Source: Octopus vulgaris (Eukaryota). From it: DNA of 64,000 nt. A program made the position numbers and the translations under genes. The notes beneath the pieces are model-generated. The model worked only from the letters and a program-made list of their open reading frames with translations. It searched no databases and had not been told where the DNA came from. Of the stretch, positions 59,844 to 64,000 are shown piece by piece (position 1 is the first letter of the stretch; each line of letters opens with the position of its first letter). The stretch spans positions 9,734,001 to 9,798,000 of the forward strand of contig OX597823.1 of assembly GCA_951406725.2 (NCBI GenBank), read 5' to 3'.

Positions 59844-61811
59844 TCTTCGACAGAACAAGGCGATGGTGTTACTACGTACATTGTTTTCGAAACACACCTG
59901 TACATACTATTTGCTATATTATTCTTTTAATTTCACGCAAGGCATATTCAGCTGCAGAAATCGACAGAGAAAGACGGCAAAATGCGACGTTTATGTTCAT
60001 TTTAGGGAGCTTAGCATTAAGAATAAAACTTTATCCCCAAAATGCGAACTTGTAATCACACCCCTAAATAGCAAGAAAGTGCTTGTCCTCATGTCATCCA
60101 CAACAGCTCCGTTTACATCTCACTCTAAACCTCACACCTTTCTTCCCTCCGCCTAATTTTGTTTTTCATTCTACCTCTATACATTCCAGTACGTACTTGT
60201 CAATTTTACTCATTATAGATTCCAATATTTATCTCCGAATATCTGCTTCCATAGTTTTTTCTCTACACTAGTAGGCAAATATTTATTTAAGTATTGATTT
60301 ACACTTCATAAAACGCAAATCCATCTATTTGATAGAAACATAGTTGGCATGTTGAAATCATTCGCTATATAAGTGAATGTGAAGTGATCAAATGAAAACT
60401 TGAATCTACCAATGGATGTTAGTCTGCATTTACATTGCTTAGCTTAATCTCAATACCACATTATCGTTTCTGACAATTCACCATTATGGTTATATTATGA
60501 GCGCTACTGTAAACGTTTTCGTAGCAAAGCCGACGTCAGAACAGAAGTAAACTACTGTAAAATAGAATGGACCGACACATGTCTGCGTCGACTGAATAAT
60601 TGCTCTTTCTTTATGGTTATATTGATAAAACGGTTTGGAGTAATTTTTAAATGTGTAACCTAAAACAGAATCATATTGTAATATTTCATATTTACTTTCT
60701 TGCATATTTTGTGTCCATTGCTCAAGTAGTATTTCTCAAGATTTCTTTTCCTTGATTAAAACTTGTGGAATCTAGAAAGACCGTAAAGTTTGTCATCTCT
60801 GTATTAGAACTCACCAGCCTGATTTTAACAAATGTGGTTATTCTTTAAAGGAATCTGTTATAACATTTTGGAAAATATTCTACTGCTATGAATCGAACTA
60901 TTTATTTTCAGATATTTTACTGATGGAAGAATGACAATTGCTTCTATATGATGCGTTTCTGACATCTGGAAATGTATAAATTGGACATAAAGAAGAATGC
61001 TATTTGTTTGTCTTACATTTCCAATCAAATACTTGGGAAATCGATATATGTTTCCACATTCGAGAAATTCTGATGAAAGACTGTATCCCAAGTTGGAACT
61101 ACAGGACTTTGTATAAAATGTCATTTTGACACATCATAATTTAACCGTTTTTGAGCAGAGAAATAATTTGAATAAAACATCTGTATAAACAACTGTATAA
61201 TTTTGTTAAGAAATATATAACCAACTACTTCATGAGAATGAATGTTGAATTAATTTTTTTGTCTTCAACAGTTCACTTTGTTATTGAAATTTTAATTATT
61301 TTTCTGCTAATAATAATTTATATTTTTTATTATATTATGTTTATTATTTTTTTGTGAGTGTGCCTGTAATTAATCTTCCTTTACAATACAATATCTAACA
61401 TTTTTTAAATAAACAATTATTCATGGAACTATGTTTATATTGATATAACAATATATTTTAGCAGATGCCATACACAACACATGCTAGAAATCTTATCTGA
61501 AAACGAAATGCTAGAAATAGACCAACTTTAAAATTTCTGACCACTATTTTTCAGCAATCAAGCAGAAATATCATTTAGAATATTCCGGAATGTTTCATTA
61601 ACCTTATTTCCTTACAACTCCAGAATAAGTTTTAAGGTTGCTGTGGAATTCTTTGGATTACTACTGACGTTATCTGTCATTCAAGTATAAAACTATATTA
61701 AATTGAAATTTTGCAATAAAGATACACTTAAAGACCTCATAGTATTGGATCCAGTACCAAAAATTGTTTGAGACACTGCTGTCATCAATTTTATAGGTAT
61801 TGAGCGCTTCA

Positions 61812-62752
61812 GTCCCCACTATGTTTAGCCCCTTGTGGGTAGTAAAGAAATAGGTATAGCAGGATTTGAGGCCAAAATAGAAAGAAACCCGATTATTAAT
61901 ATATTACGCACTAGGGTCGATGTAATCGACTTAATCCCTTTGTCTGTCCTTGTTTGTCCCCTCTGTGTGTTTAGCCCCTTGTGGGTAGTAAAGACATAGA
62001 AATAGGTATTTCGTCTGCCGTTACGTTCAGAGTTCAAATTCCGCCGAGATCGACTTTGCCTTTCATCCTTTCGGAAGTCGATTAAATAAGTACCAGTTAT
62101 GCACTGAGGTCCATATAATCGACTTAATCCGTTTGTCTGTCCTTGTTTGTCCTCTCTGTGTTTGGCTCCTTGTGGGTAGTAAAGAAATAGGTATTTCATT
62201 TGCCGCTACGTTCTGAGTTCAAATTCCGCCGTGGTTGACTTTGCCTTTCATCCTTTCGGGAGTCGATTAAATAAGTACCAGTTATGCACCGAGGTTCATA
62301 TAATCGACTTAATCCGTTTGTCTGTCCTTGTTTGTCCTCTGTGTGTTTAACTCCTTGTGGGTAGTAAAGAAATAGAAATAGGTATTTAATCTGCCGTTAC
62401 GTTCTTAGTTCAAATTAGTCTGAGGTTGACTTTACCTTTTATCCTTTCGAGGTCGATTAAATAAGTAGCAATTACACACTGGGCTCGATGTAATCAACTT
62501 AATCCGTTTGTCTGTCATTGTTTGTCCCCTCTGTGTTTAGCTTCTTGTGGGTAGTAAAGAAATAGCTATTTCGTCTCCCGCTACGTTCTGAGTTGAAATT
62601 CCGCCGAGGAGGTCTACTTTGCCGTTCATTCTTTCGGGGTCGAGAAATAAAGTGCCAGTTACGCACTGGGGTCGGTGTAATCGACTCAATCCCTTTTTTC
62701 TGTCCTTGTTTGTCCCCTGTATGTGTAGCCCCTTGTGCGCAATAAAGAAATA
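61812..62752 (+). repeat. Head-to-tail array of headless SINE family B units (~185-191 bp)
   Basis: Units start at 62005, 62190, 62381 and 62565, preceded by two partial segments. Confidence 0.92.
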
Positions 62753-63008
62753 AGAATACAAATCACGATGACTCAATTTTATTGTGAGAAATTATCCATC
62801 ACATATCAAACGTCTGGTTGGCATAGCTTGTTAAAAACCTAGTAACGACACGAACGATTTAATTTGAAACCCGTTAACTGACTTTATGCGCACGACGCAT
62901 AAATTCGCACGCGGGCACTCACCTCTATTACACACACGAATACACTAACTCACACAGACACACACATGCACAAAACATACACGTATGTATGTGTGTGTGT
63001 GTATGTGC

Positions 63009-63119
<111 letters not shown>

Positions 63120-64000
63120 TGTGTCAGAGGGAGAGTGAGCGAGAGATACCTGCTACGAATATTTTTTAATTTTAATTCCCTATTCCTATTCAGAAAAACA
63201 TGTTTCAAAAGATTATATGAGAGCTATATACGCATATAGATTATAAACATACAGATATGTTGTATACGTTCAGCGGATATTAATACTGTCTTGCTTCTTT
63301 ATTTATCTCCCACTTTTTGGCTCATTCATGTGTCAGTCTTTGAGAAAATGTATGTATGAGCTATGCTTATGTCTTTAAGGGAAATATTTTCACTTCGTAT
63401 TGATCCGTCCCTTTTCACATAATTCTTTTTAGAGTAAATATTGAAAATCCTGTTAACATCTACAACAACACTCTTATGTCTTCGTTAATAAAACAGCAAG
63501 GTATAGAATTGTATAATATTCTCACTATCAAATCCTGGTTTTACAGCAAATTGTCAACTATCTGCATATTTCATAACGCCTCAGGCGTCTAGACATTCTG
63601 TTTGCCCCTTATTAAAGAGAGCTTGTAAATAAGTATCTTTTCCCATCGTATTTTTCCTTTCTCAGTTAAACTTAATATATCAATAAGCATCACTTGTAGG
63701 TAATCCTGGTACATGAGCAAAAGCCACTTTCTATGCTTTACACAGCGTAATGTTGTTTTATTGTCATATGTATGTTTATTTTCCATATTTTCTTTCTTTT
63801 ATGGAACAGAATGAAAATGAATGAAGACTTGCTGTTAAAAATTTCAACATAGGCAAATTTTCGTGTTGATCGAATAAAGGAGCAATATGGTTTATACGAC
63901 CAGAGTTAATAATTTCTTCAAGCAATGCAATTTTGCTACCGGAAGGGTGGCAGCTTAATGTTTGTAGGGCTGTTCTTCAGTACCGGCTTGCAGACAGCAT

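Overview
AT-rich, microsatellite-saturated eukaryotic DNA with no confidently identifiable host gene. The SINE repertoire looks like an octopus-type cephalopod (inference, not verified). Main contents: a nearly intact R4/Dong-clade RLE retrotransposon (7741-11670, minus) stacked on a second R4-like family in (TAA)n; a 2.6-kb fold-back Penelope-like element (PLE) with a GIY-YIG ORF in both arms; CR1/L2-group and RTE LINE fragments; decayed Tc1 and mariner elements; a TTAGGG-bearing MITE; non-autonomous Helitrons; at least four SINE-like families; and very long (CATA)n/(CGTG)n/(TA)n/(TG)n tracts. The most interesting signal is a set of sequence-unrelated fold-back or short elements, mostly next to (TA)n or (CATA)n tracts. 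Each carries a minimal hammerhead-ribozyme-like fold, often with a non-canonical core (A9 substitution, G3-C8 swap, U4C, or missing core). All alignments and folds were read by eye, and element boundaries are approximate unless TSDs or TIRs are quoted.
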